DNA from: Alphaproteobacteria bacterium
Lineage (GTDB): Bacteria > Pseudomonadota > Alphaproteobacteria > CALKHQ01
Length of the DNA stretch: 64,000 nucleotides
Direction of reading: 5' to 3'
Assembly: GCA_965227515.1 (NCBI GenBank)
Contig: CBDDFZ010000002.1
Span: 1,280,001-1,344,000, forward strand
Shown here one piece after another: positions 49,058 to 57,781 of this stretch (the first letter of the stretch is position 1; the number at the start of each line of letters is the position of its first letter). The translations under genes were made by a program, and so were the position numbers. The notes under the pieces were generated by a model. The model searched no databases. It saw only the letters and a program-made list of their open reading frames with translations, and was not told the origin of the DNA.

Positions 49058-49829
49058 GCCGAACGACCGCCGTCGCGACCGGGCGATCCTGGCATCGTTC
49101 GGCGCCGCGGCATTTGCAATCGTGCTGATCTGGTTCGCGGTGCCCGGCGTCTTTGCCGGGCACTACATGACGTCGCACCGGGACACGATCCGGGAGCTCA
49201 GGACCGGCGAGCCGGTTACGGCCGGGGCACTCTATGACGCGATCCTGGCCCGCCGGGAGGCGCTGGATTGGACCGACAGCCCGGCGGTCTGGGCCGAAAT
49301 TGGCGAACTGCGCTTGATCCTGGCCGCCCTGTACCCGGAAGAGGCCGCCGAAACCGATGTCGTCTCGGACTCGATATCGGCGTCCCGGTCCGCGGTCGAA
49401 GGGTCGCCCACCATGCCGTTCGCCTGGCTGCGGATGGCCGAGGCGATGGCGCTGAGGGACGGGGCCGAGGCAGATATCAACGCGCAGCTGATGATGGCAA
49501 TCGTGACGGCGCCGCAGCATGCCGGCATGGTGCGCCGCCGTGTGGAGCTGGCGCTGTTCTACTGGGCGCAGCTGGACGACCGGGCGCGCCAGTATTCGGC
49601 CGGCCAGGTGCGCATCGCCGCGCAGCAGGACCCCTCTGCGCTGGCCGAGATCGTGAAACGTCAGAATGCCCTGCGTGAGGTGATGGCGATCCTGCTGACC
49701 GACAACGAGCTGCTGCAGGAATTCACCCAGGTCTACTATCGTGAGCAGGGGATCGAGCAGGAGCGGGCGGCAGAGGAGGAGGCCGCGGAGGCGGCAGCCG
49801 ATGACGACGGCGAGACCGCGGATCAATAG
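48975..49829 (+). CDS. Hypothetical membrane-anchored helical (TPR-like) protein
   Basis: Hydrophobic anchor ILASFGAAAFAIVLIWFAVP, then helical repeats (SP..PFAWLRMA); start ambiguous. Confidence 0.65.
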   Translation: MCARWRTTATPTPGTTITAATKNTTPTEPNDRRRDRAILASFGAAAFAIVLIWFAVPGVFAGHYMTSHRDTIRELRTGEPVTAGALYDAILARREALDWTDSPAVWAEIGELRLILAALYPEEAAETDVVSDSISASRSAVEGSPTMPFAWLRMAEAMALRDGAEADINAQLMMAIVTAPQHAGMVRRRVELALFYWAQLDDRARQYSAGQVRIAAQQDPSALAEIVKRQNALREVMAILLTDNELLQEFTQVYYREQGIEQERAAEEEAAEAAADDDGETADQ

Positions 49830-49905
49830 GTTTGCCGCTCTGGCCTTGATCGACCTTGATTGTGTCTCAGGTGTCTATCAGCTAAGACGACAGCGAATGC
49901 GGGCT

Positions 49906-50032
49906 TAGAGCATGATCACGTAAGTCGGCACCGGCCCTCTCCCCCACCCGGCCACCCCGCAGGATACTTTCGTGGGCGGCCGGGTGGGGGAGAGGGCTGG
50001 CGCAGATTCGGCGCAAGCCGATCCTGATCTAG
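49906..50032. repeat. Palindromic MITE/RIME-like element, copy 1
   Basis: TAGAGC...CCCTCTCCCCCACCCGGCC...GGCCGGGTGGGGGAGAGGG...CTAG; related copy at 53240. Confidence 0.75.
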
Positions 50033-50046
50033 TGAGTCCGGCTTGT

Positions 50047-50133
50047 GCGGGTGTGGCGGAATCGGTAGACGCGCCAGACTCAAAATCTGGTTTCCTTACG
50101 GAAGTGGGAGTTCGAGTCTCCCCACCCGCACCA
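50047..50133 (+). tRNA. tRNA-Leu (CAA)
   Basis: GCGGGTGTGGCGGAATCGGTAGACGCGCCAGACTCAAAATCTGG...GTTCGAGTCTCCCCACCCGCACCA; long variable arm. Confidence 0.96.
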
Positions 50134-50200
50134 AATCACCCCAACGCGACGACACCGACACGACCTGATCCGCGCGGGCTGCCGGCATTGGGCGGCCGCA

Positions 50201-50569
50201 TCAGGCGTCGGGTCTTTCCATCGCCAGCGGCGAAGCGAAGACGTGGTTCGTCACGTTCATTTCGATAGTCAACGCCACATTGTCCCCCCGCACGCCGATC
50301 GATTTCGTGCCGCGTTGCGGCAGCGGAATTTGATGGGCAATGCAATAGCTTACCAGCGCCACGCCCAGCTCCTCGGCCGAAACCTGCAACTCGTGGGTTT
50401 GCGATGTGGTCGGGTCGAACTTTGTCACCAGGGGCACGCCATTGGGCGCCATTCTGGTGAACTGGATATAGCCGTTCGGCCAGGGGCTCCCCATGGTCTG
50501 GAAGAAGTCCCGCAGTGCGTTATCCAACGTGTCGTTGGAGAACATGATCGTACGCGTTTCAGAGATCAT
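50201..50569 (-). CDS. Small hypothetical protein
   Basis: MISETRTIMFS...LGVALVSYCI..QIPLP....KS; AAT-rich upstream region; no family assigned. Confidence 0.65.
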   Translation of the reverse strand: MISETRTIMFSNDTLDNALRDFFQTMGSPWPNGYIQFTRMAPNGVPLVTKFDPTTSQTHELQVSAEELGVALVSYCIAHQIPLPQRGTKSIGVRGDNVALTIEMNVTNHVFASPLAMERPDA

Positions 50570-50879
50570 CGCCGCATCGAAAGGAAGGTAAAAAAGGGAG
50601 GCCCTGGCTGCGTGCAGACGATGGGGGAACCAGCCACGGCCTCCCAACCGACACCATTGAGTCGAGTACGACTAGCCATGAGTCAGCTATCTACAGGATA
50701 GTGCGGTTGGAGCGCCAGTTCATGGGCCAAATATCCCAATGAATATTACATTTTGGTCGGCGCGACCCTGAACAGTTAATGGTACCCCCATTGGTCTAGA
50801 GTTGCAACCCTGCGTGGCAAAGAGCGAGGGTGGGGCGTCATACGGCGATGACGACAGGTCAGTCCGGCGGGTCACCGAT

Positions 50880-51920
50880 TCAGGCTTGCGCCGCTTCGGT
50901 ACCTGCGGATGCAGCTTGCCACGCCTCCCGCAACCAGCGGGCGCAGGCCACCGAGTGCTCGAAGATGGAGTAGCCGGCGCCGCCGCCATAGTCGGGGAAC
51001 GGGATGAACTCCGTGGTCACGGTGTCGAAGGTCGGTGTCTGCCTGGCGGCCCGGTCGGCGAACAGGTGGCGCATCACTTCCTTCCAGGGCTCCAGCTTGT
51101 CCTCGTCCCATTCGGCGTGCCATTCGCCGGGCCCTGGCTCGATGAACGGGTACTGGATGCCGCGGCCCGTGGTGTCCTGCGGGTGCAGCGACGAGGGCAG
51201 CGAGTCGAGGTCGGGGTGGGACGCCCTGACGTTGCGCGGGTTGTTGGGCGCGGCGGCGCGCGCGTGGCAGTGGGCGACGAAGCCGCGCTCGATCCAGATG
51301 TCGCACACATTGCCCGAGGTGAACGGATCCAGGATCAACGATCCGTCCTCCACCGCCTCGTCGATGCCAAACACCTTCTGCTCGCGCGGATTGTCGATCT
51401 TGAAGATGACGTGGGAGTGGTCCAGCGTCATGTGGAATGGAATGCCCCGTTCAGCAACCATGTCGGCAACCTTGGCCACGCGCCGGAAGTCCTCCGACCA
51501 CATATTGACGTGGACCTCGAAGGTCGACAGGCAGTTCACCTTGGCGCCGATGTCGTATGCCCGCAGATAGGCGTCGGCCACTTCCTGGTCGGTGACCAGA
51601 TGGCCATCGGCATGGTCCATCTTGATCTGGGTGTTGTGGACCCTGCTGCCCAGGGCGGCGCCGATGCGCAGGTTCTGCGCAAGCATGTCCTCGTCCTTGC
51701 CAAGCGTGTAGTACCAGCCGCCGGCCAGCACAGGCAGGTCGTACCGTTCCGCGCAGCGCTGGTAGGCGTTCACCTGGTCGGACGGCGGCGTCTTGTCGTA
51801 GTAGTCGTAGACGCCGGCGTCCTTGACCATGCTGAACCTGGTCTCCAGGTCAGGCACGGGGTCGGCGTCGGTGTGCATGACGCCGGCCTCCTGAATGCCA
51901 AACAGAAGGTCGTGCGCCAT
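50880..51920 (-). CDS. Xylose isomerase-like TIM-barrel protein
   Basis: FEVHVNMWSE, LDHSH, HAR and TTEFIP putative metal ligands. Confidence 0.75.
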   Translation of the reverse strand: MAHDLLFGIQEAGVMHTDADPVPDLETRFSMVKDAGVYDYYDKTPPSDQVNAYQRCAERYDLPVLAGGWYYTLGKDEDMLAQNLRIGAALGSRVHNTQIKMDHADGHLVTDQEVADAYLRAYDIGAKVNCLSTFEVHVNMWSEDFRRVAKVADMVAERGIPFHMTLDHSHVIFKIDNPREQKVFGIDEAVEDGSLILDPFTSGNVCDIWIERGFVAHCHARAAAPNNPRNVRASHPDLDSLPSSLHPQDTTGRGIQYPFIEPGPGEWHAEWDEDKLEPWKEVMRHLFADRAARQTPTFDTVTTEFIPFPDYGGGAGYSIFEHSVACARWLREAWQAASAGTEAAQA

Positions 51921-51950
51921 CAGCTTCTCCGCTGCGCTATGTCGCTGCCG

Positions 51951-53228
51951 CTATTCGGCGGCGATCTGTGCCGCGGCCATGGAAGCCGGCGGCGCCTTGT
52001 GGAACGCGCCGTCCTTCATGATGGCCAGCAGGCGATTGCGGTCCTGCAGCAGCGACACGTCCTTCGACGGGTCGCCGTCGACCAGCAGGATATCGGCCAA
52101 GTAGCCTTCGGTGATGGTGCCGAGCTCATCGCCCATCATCATGATCTCGCCGCCCATCTTGGTGGCGGACTGGATCGCTTCCAGCGGCGTGTAGCCGAAC
52201 AGCTCGACGAAGTGCTCCAGGTCGCGCGCGTTGGCGCCCACCGGGTTCCAGGCGAAGCCGTAGTCGCCGCCCGGCAGCACGCGCACACCGCGCTTGCGCA
52301 GCGACGCGACCACGGGGATGGCGTGCTCCAGTTCGCGCTTCAGACCCAACTGCTCGCCGATGTCGGGGGTGATGCCCCAGTCGCCGGCCTCGTAGAGCGT
52401 GGTGTAGGTGACGCCGATGGTGGGCGACACGAACACGCGGTCCTTCGCCTCTTCCAGCATGTCCAGCGCCTCTTCGTCGGCGAAGGTGGCGTGGTAGATC
52501 ACCTCGCAGCCGTGCTTCAGGCTCAGCTTCACCGACTTGGCACTGCGCGCGTGGGTGGCGATGCGCTTGCCGTGGGCCAAGCCCACTTCGCAAACCGCCT
52601 GGATCTCGTCCTCCATCATCACGGTCTGCTGCGCCTTGGCGTAGGGCACCAACTCGTCGCCCGACGGGTTGATCTTCAGCGTGTCCACGCCCTCGCGGCA
52701 CATCTCGCGCGCCACGCGGCGAAACTCGGTCGGCCCGTCGCAGACGATGGCAAAGGTCTCGCGGTGCAGGTGGCTCAGGCGCACGTCGCCCAGGCCCGAT
52801 GTGACGGTCAGTTCGGGCGAGGCGGCCAGCATGCGCGGCCCGGGGAACTCGCCGGCGTTGATGGCATTGCGCGCCACGATGTCCATGCGCGGCTTGGCCG
52901 CCGCCGCGCTGTTGATGCTGGTGAAGCCATGGTCGAGCAGCAGCTTGACGTGGCGGATCGTGACCAGCGTGTGCTCCTCGGGTGGGATGTCGCCCAGCGA
53001 GTGCAGGTCAGAGGTGTTGGCGAAGCTCGGGTGCGCATGGGACTCGACCAGCCCCGGCATCAGCGTCGCGCCACCGCCGTCAATCACTTCGGCGTTGTCG
53101 TGGGCAACGGTCTCCGAAGCCGGCGCGACCGCCTTGATCCGGTTGCCCTGCACCAGGACCTGTCCCGGAAACGGCTCGCTGCCGCTACCGTCCAGCACCT
53201 GAACGTTCGTGAACAGTGTCTGTGGCAT
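51951..53228 (-). CDS. Metal-dependent amidohydrolase
   Basis: IDGGGATLMPGLVESHAH, GVDTLK, ATHAR, GGDYGF and GYLADILLVDGDP motifs. Confidence 0.9.
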   Translation of the reverse strand: MPQTLFTNVQVLDGSGSEPFPGQVLVQGNRIKAVAPASETVAHDNAEVIDGGGATLMPGLVESHAHPSFANTSDLHSLGDIPPEEHTLVTIRHVKLLLDHGFTSINSAAAAKPRMDIVARNAINAGEFPGPRMLAASPELTVTSGLGDVRLSHLHRETFAIVCDGPTEFRRVAREMCREGVDTLKINPSGDELVPYAKAQQTVMMEDEIQAVCEVGLAHGKRIATHARSAKSVKLSLKHGCEVIYHATFADEEALDMLEEAKDRVFVSPTIGVTYTTLYEAGDWGITPDIGEQLGLKRELEHAIPVVASLRKRGVRVLPGGDYGFAWNPVGANARDLEHFVELFGYTPLEAIQSATKMGGEIMMMGDELGTITEGYLADILLVDGDPSKDVSLLQDRNRLLAIMKDGAFHKAPPASMAAAQIAAE

Positions 53229-53239
53229 TTCGGACTCCC

Positions 53240-53362
53240 TAGAGCGTTATCATTTAACCGGCTCCGGCCCTCTCTCCCGCCCGGTCCCCCAACGAGAGTA
53301 TCCTGCTGGGTGGCCGGGTGGGGGAGAGGGCTGGCGCCGATTCCGCGCAAGCGGCACCATGT
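53240..53362. repeat. Palindromic MITE/RIME-like element, copy 2
   Basis: Shares the TAGAGC start, the CCGGCCCTCTC / GAGAGGGCTGGCGC arms and the GATTC.GCGCAAGC tail with copy 1. Confidence 0.72.
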
Positions 53363-53556
53363 CCACGTGCGGGGAAGCGGTGTTCGCCGACGTATCGGGA
53401 CTCGCGCGGTCACTCTTTCGCGCGGTCACTCTTTCCCGCGGCGGGGCGCTTCCCCCAGCGCTGATTGCAGCTTGCTTTGCTACCCGAACACTAAGGTTCC
53501 GCTGCCCACAGGGCAAGGCGCGGAGGGGCGGTCAATTGCCGCCGCCGGGAATGGCG

Positions 53557-54504
53557 TCACGCGCCGTCGACGCAGACCTCGCTGTCCGGGTCGCTCTCGC
53601 ACAGATTGCCCTTCAGGTAGGACGAGTAGAGCTCCGAAGACCCCAGCGCCAGCAGGATGACGATCACCAGTATGACGGCGACGATGATCGCCGCCTTCAC
53701 CGCACCGAAAAGACGTCGTCCCGGCTGCGCCAAAGGCACCAGGTTGAAGGCCAGCCCACCGAGCACCACCAGCCCCATGCCCACCGTGTAGAGGATGGGG
53801 ATGTTGGGCTGGAAGATCATCACCAGTGCCGCCATGCACAACAGGATGATGCTGCGGCTCAGCGAGCGGGCATGGCCCACCTTCATGGTGCCGGGCTTGG
53901 CCCCGAACACGCGGATCTCGTTCAATTCGCGATTGAACGCCGGCGCGAAGACCAGGAACAGGATCGCCAGCAGCGCGACAATGGCGGTGACGGTGAGCCG
54001 GGTGTCGGCGAACGCCAGCAGCGCCTCGTTGCTTTCCTCGATGCCGCTGAAATGGCCCTCCAGCTCGCCCAGGCGCTCCAGGCCCGGCAATGGCGGCTCC
54101 ATGCGGTCGCGGCCGCGCATCTCCTCGATCTTGACGTTCAGCTCGGCACTGGCGCCGCGCATGTCCTCCACCACCGCCTCGATCTCGGGCGTCATGGAGG
54201 TGTTCTCGACCAGGGCGACCAGCTCGTCCAGCGTGTCGACCACCTTGTTCAGGTCACGCTTGTTGTATTCGTCCTCGTCGGCCAGACCGGCGGCGCGGTC
54301 GAGCAGCTCGGATACCTGCTGCGGGCTGTCGTCGACGAACCAGGCTTCCGGCGCCGGCACCAGCAGGCAGATGATCGCCAGCACCAGGATGACGGTGGCG
54401 ATCTTGGAACTGCGGGTCGCCGGCACCTCCGACGCGCGCTTGACCGGAACCGAGTGCGCCGGGCTGTTGGCGGCGAGCGCCGGGGTGTGGACGTGGTCGG
54501 TCAT
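53557..54504 (-). CDS. Hypothetical membrane protein in the ABC operon (TM + periplasmic helical domain + about 4 TM)
   Basis: ATGA overlap with the upstream ATPase; hydrophobic segments; C-terminal IFQP...GGLAFNLVP...PG. Confidence 0.75.
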   Translation of the reverse strand: MTDHVHTPALAANSPAHSVPVKRASEVPATRSSKIATVILVLAIICLLVPAPEAWFVDDSPQQVSELLDRAAGLADEDEYNKRDLNKVVDTLDELVALVENTSMTPEIEAVVEDMRGASAELNVKIEEMRGRDRMEPPLPGLERLGELEGHFSGIEESNEALLAFADTRLTVTAIVALLAILFLVFAPAFNRELNEIRVFGAKPGTMKVGHARSLSRSIILLCMAALVMIFQPNIPILYTVGMGLVVLGGLAFNLVPLAQPGRRLFGAVKAAIIVAVILVIVILLALGSSELYSSYLKGNLCESDPDSEVCVDGA

Positions 54505-55592
54505 AGCGTGAACACCCGTTGGCCGTCGGTATCGAACACGTGCAGTTGGCCGGACCGCACCCTTGCATGGATCGCCTGGCCCGGCGTCACCGGCACCCGA
54601 TGGTCGAACACCACGCGCATGTCGGTGTCGCCCTCCACCGCGTGGATCAGGGTCTCGGCGCCCATCGGCTCGATGATGTCGACGGCTGCGCTCAGGGTCT
54701 CCTCGCTGGCGTTGTCGACCTGCTCGAAGCCGCGGGGGCGAATGCCCACGGTGATCTCGGAGTTCGGGGCCAGCCGGGACACGGCGGGGTCGACCGGGGC
54801 CTTCAGGTCCTGGTCCAGAATACGGAACGTGGCGTTGCCGTCGGCATAGCCGGTGATGGTGGCGGGGATCAGGTTCATCTGCGGCGTGCCGATGAAGCCG
54901 GCCACGAACAGGTTGGCGGGTGCCGCGAAGATGCCATGCGGGGTGGCCACCTGCTCGATGTAGCCGTCGCGCATCACGGCGATGCGGTCGGCCATGGTCA
55001 GTGCCTCGATCTGGTCGTGGGTCACGATCACGGTCGCCTTGTCCAGGCCGCTCAGGATCTCCTTGATCTGGCCGCGCATGGTCTGGCGAAGCGCGATGTC
55101 CAGGCGCGACAGCGGCTCGTCGAACAGGAAGCACGTGGGCTCGCGGATCACCGCGCGGCCGACCGCCACGCGCTGCTTTTCGCCTTCCGCGATGCGGCCG
55201 GGAATCCGGTCCAGCACCTTATCGAGCTGCAGCACATGGGCGACCCGCTTGACCCGGGTCTCGATCTCCTCGTGGCCCAGACCCTCGGCATACAGCGGGT
55301 AGGCCAGGTTCTCCGCCACCGTCAGGCTGGGATAGAGGGCGTAGAACTGGAACACCATCGCGATGTTGCGGTCCGCCGGCGACAGGTCGTTGACCCGCTT
55401 GCCGGCGATATGGACGTCGCCCGCGGTCGCCGGCTCCAGACCGGCGATCATGCGCAGCGTCGTGGTCTTGCCGCAGCCGGAGGGGCCCAGCAGGCACAGC
55501 ACCTCGCCGGGCGCGATGTCCAGATTGGCCTGGTTGACCGCGACCAGGTCGCCGAACCGCTTGGTCAGGTTGGTGAGCTTGATGTCGGACAT
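54501..55592 (-). CDS. CUT1 ABC transporter ATP-binding protein
   Basis: GPSGCGKTT, atypical signature IAEGEKQR, DEPLS, HDQ; TOBE tail. Confidence 0.93.
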   Translation of the reverse strand: MSDIKLTNLTKRFGDLVAVNQANLDIAPGEVLCLLGPSGCGKTTTLRMIAGLEPATAGDVHIAGKRVNDLSPADRNIAMVFQFYALYPSLTVAENLAYPLYAEGLGHEEIETRVKRVAHVLQLDKVLDRIPGRIAEGEKQRVAVGRAVIREPTCFLFDEPLSRLDIALRQTMRGQIKEILSGLDKATVIVTHDQIEALTMADRIAVMRDGYIEQVATPHGIFAAPANLFVAGFIGTPQMNLIPATITGYADGNATFRILDQDLKAPVDPAVSRLAPNSEITVGIRPRGFEQVDNASEETLSAAVDIIEPMGAETLIHAVEGDTDMRVVFDHRVPVTPGQAIHARVRSGQLHVFDTDGQRVFTL

Positions 55593-55602
55593 GGCGCGAC
55601 CC

Positions 55603-56529
55603 CTACTTCTTGATCGTGCCGAAGGTGACACCGCGCAGAAGCTGGCTCTGCAACAGGTAGGTCACGATCAGGATCGGGATCAGGAACAGCGTGACGATGG
55701 CGGCCAGCAGGCCGAAGTCGGCGCCGACCTCGCCACCCAATGTGCGCACCATCGCCGGCGGGATCGTTCGGGTCTCGTTGCTGGTCAGGATCAGCGCGAA
55801 GAACAGCTCGTTCCAGGTCAGGATCAGGCTGAACACCACGGTCGCGGCCATGCCGGCCTTCACCTGCGGCAGGCAGATCTTGAAGAACACCCGGAATTCG
55901 GAACTGCCGTCCATGCGGGCGGCATCCTCCACATCCGGCGACAATTCGTCGAAGAAGCTCTTCATCATCCAGATCGTGAACGCCAGGTTGAAGGCCGTGT
56001 AGAGCGGGATGATGCCGTAGTACTCACCCGCCACGCCGGTCACCTGGAACATGATGACGATCGGGATCGTCACCACGATCGGCGGCAGCATGCGCGTGGT
56101 CAGGATGATGAACATATAGGTGTCGGTGCCGGGCAGCGCGAAGCGGGAGAAGCCGTACGCCGCCAGGGTGCCGATGATCAGCGCCAGCAGCACCGAGGCG
56201 CCCGCGATACCGATCGAGTTCGCGAAATAGAGCGGGAAGCTGGTCTCGGTCTCGGTCTGGCTGACCACGTTCTGCTGCACGAACACGCTGCTGAAGTTCT
56301 GCGTCGTGTACGAGAACTTGCACTCGCCATCGTCCGAGGAGCAGTCGGTGAACACCGACTCCACATAGGCGCCGAAGCTCTCCGCGCTGATGTCGAGAAT
56401 ATCGTTCCGGCCCTGGAAGGCATACAGGACGATGATCAGGACAGGCAGGAAGTAGACCAGCGCGATGAAGCCGGCGAAAACCGTGCGGCCCCAGCCGGCG
56501 GTACCGATTTCTCTGTGTTGACGGGCCAT
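55603..56529 (-). CDS. Carbohydrate ABC transporter permease
   Basis: EAA loop VEDAARMDGSS; TWNELFFA. Confidence 0.92.
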   Translation of the reverse strand: MARQHREIGTAGWGRTVFAGFIALVYFLPVLIIVLYAFQGRNDILDISAESFGAYVESVFTDCSSDDGECKFSYTTQNFSSVFVQQNVVSQTETETSFPLYFANSIGIAGASVLLALIIGTLAAYGFSRFALPGTDTYMFIILTTRMLPPIVVTIPIVIMFQVTGVAGEYYGIIPLYTAFNLAFTIWMMKSFFDELSPDVEDAARMDGSSEFRVFFKICLPQVKAGMAATVVFSLILTWNELFFALILTSNETRTIPPAMVRTLGGEVGADFGLLAAIVTLFLIPILIVTYLLQSQLLRGVTFGTIKK

Positions 56530-56531
56530 GG

Positions 56532-57476
56532 CTATTGCTCCGCCTCGCGCTGGCGGACCATGTAGAGATAGAGGTTGGTCAGCACGATGACGATGAACAG
56601 GATGATGTAGGCGAACGCCGCGGACTCACCGGTGCGGAAGTCCTGGAAGCCGGAGCGGTAGAGCTGCAGCGAGATGGTCTTCGTGGCCGTGCCGGGTCCG
56701 CCCTCGGTGATGATGTAGATGGTGTCGAACAACTTGAACGTCTCGATGGTGCGGAACAGCAGCGCCAGCAGCAGCAGGCTGCGAATGTAGGGGAACGTGA
56801 TCGTGGTGAACCGGCGCCAGCGGCTGGCGCGGTCGATCTGGCTCGCCTCGTAGAGGTACTTCGGCACGCTGACCAGGCCGGCCAGCACCAGCAGCATCAC
56901 GAACGGTGACCACATCCACGCATCCGCCAGCACGATGCCGAGGATGGCGCCCGTCGGGTCGCCCAGGATGTTCGGCGCGTCGCCCTGGAACACCTCGATC
57001 AGCTTGCTGATCAGGCCGAAGTCCGGGTTGTAGAACAGCTTGAAGAACACGCCGACCGCCACGTAGGACAGCATCATCGGCGCCAGCACGAACATCAGGA
57101 TCAGCCGGCGGCCGGGGAAGTTGGGCTGGAACAGCATGGCGAGCCCGAAGCCGAGGATCATCTGCAGGCTGACAGAGCCGAACACGATGATGGCGGTGGT
57201 CTGCAGGCTGTCCCAGATTACCGGATCGGTCAGCACGTCGGCGTAGTTGTCGAACCACACGAACTCCGGCAGGTCGCTCTGCCGCGCGACGCTGAAGTCG
57301 TAGAAGCTGAGGCCGAACGACCACATCAGCGGGAAGATGTTCATCACGAACAGCGTCACCAGCGCCGGGGTCACCAGCAGCGGGCCGCGGTTGCGCGCCG
57401 CCCACGATTGCTCGACCCGCGCGGCCTGGTCCGGCGTCAGCCGGGCGCCGGGTGCGGTCTGCGCTACGTCGCTCAT
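56532..57476 (-). CDS. Carbohydrate ABC transporter permease
   Basis: LYEASQIDRAS, WMWSPF and TEGGPG motifs. Confidence 0.92.
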   Translation of the reverse strand: MSDVAQTAPGARLTPDQAARVEQSWAARNRGPLLVTPALVTLFVMNIFPLMWSFGLSFYDFSVARQSDLPEFVWFDNYADVLTDPVIWDSLQTTAIIVFGSVSLQMILGFGLAMLFQPNFPGRRLILMFVLAPMMLSYVAVGVFFKLFYNPDFGLISKLIEVFQGDAPNILGDPTGAILGIVLADAWMWSPFVMLLVLAGLVSVPKYLYEASQIDRASRWRRFTTITFPYIRSLLLLALLFRTIETFKLFDTIYIITEGGPGTATKTISLQLYRSGFQDFRTGESAAFAYIILFIVIVLTNLYLYMVRQREAEQ

Positions 57477-57711
57477 GACTGTCGCCCGGTCAGGGAGATC
57501 GCCTGGCAGACCTGGGCGCGGATGCGCGGACGGCAGCCGCCCATGGCGCGGCCGTCGAGCGGGCCGCGGTCCATCGCGGAAGGTGTTTGTTTGGGCTGGC
57601 CGTCATGGCCGAGCGGACGCGCAATCAGCATGTGCAAGCTACAGTCGCGGTTCGGTGTTGGATTGTCGTATTGGCGCCCCTGGGGGCGAAGTCGGCTCGT
57701 GGATGGGAGAG

Positions 57712-57753
57712 CCGGGCAGGCCAGCGCAGTTGTCATACGCTGAACCTGCCCGG
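57712..57753. terminator. Intercistronic hairpin after the SBP gene (terminator or mRNA stabiliser)
   Basis: CCGGGCAGG.CAGCG / CGCTG..CCTGCCCGG inverted repeat about 30 nt past the stop codon. Confidence 0.5.
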
Positions 57754-57781
57754 TCAAGGCTAACTCACGAGCAGCTATGCG

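Noticed and set aside
42431-50133. Genomic island bounded by two tRNAs
   Set aside because: Both tRNAs point outward from the interval, there is no integrase or direct repeat, and composition looks native.
50802-53660. 952-aa plus-strand ORF
   Set aside because: Antisense shadow of the amidohydrolase and TIM-barrel genes; typical of high-GC DNA and has no motifs.
53557-55134. 525-aa version of the accessory membrane protein
   Set aside because: The upstream part overlaps the ATPase out of frame; the ATGA-coupled start at 54504 is more plausible.
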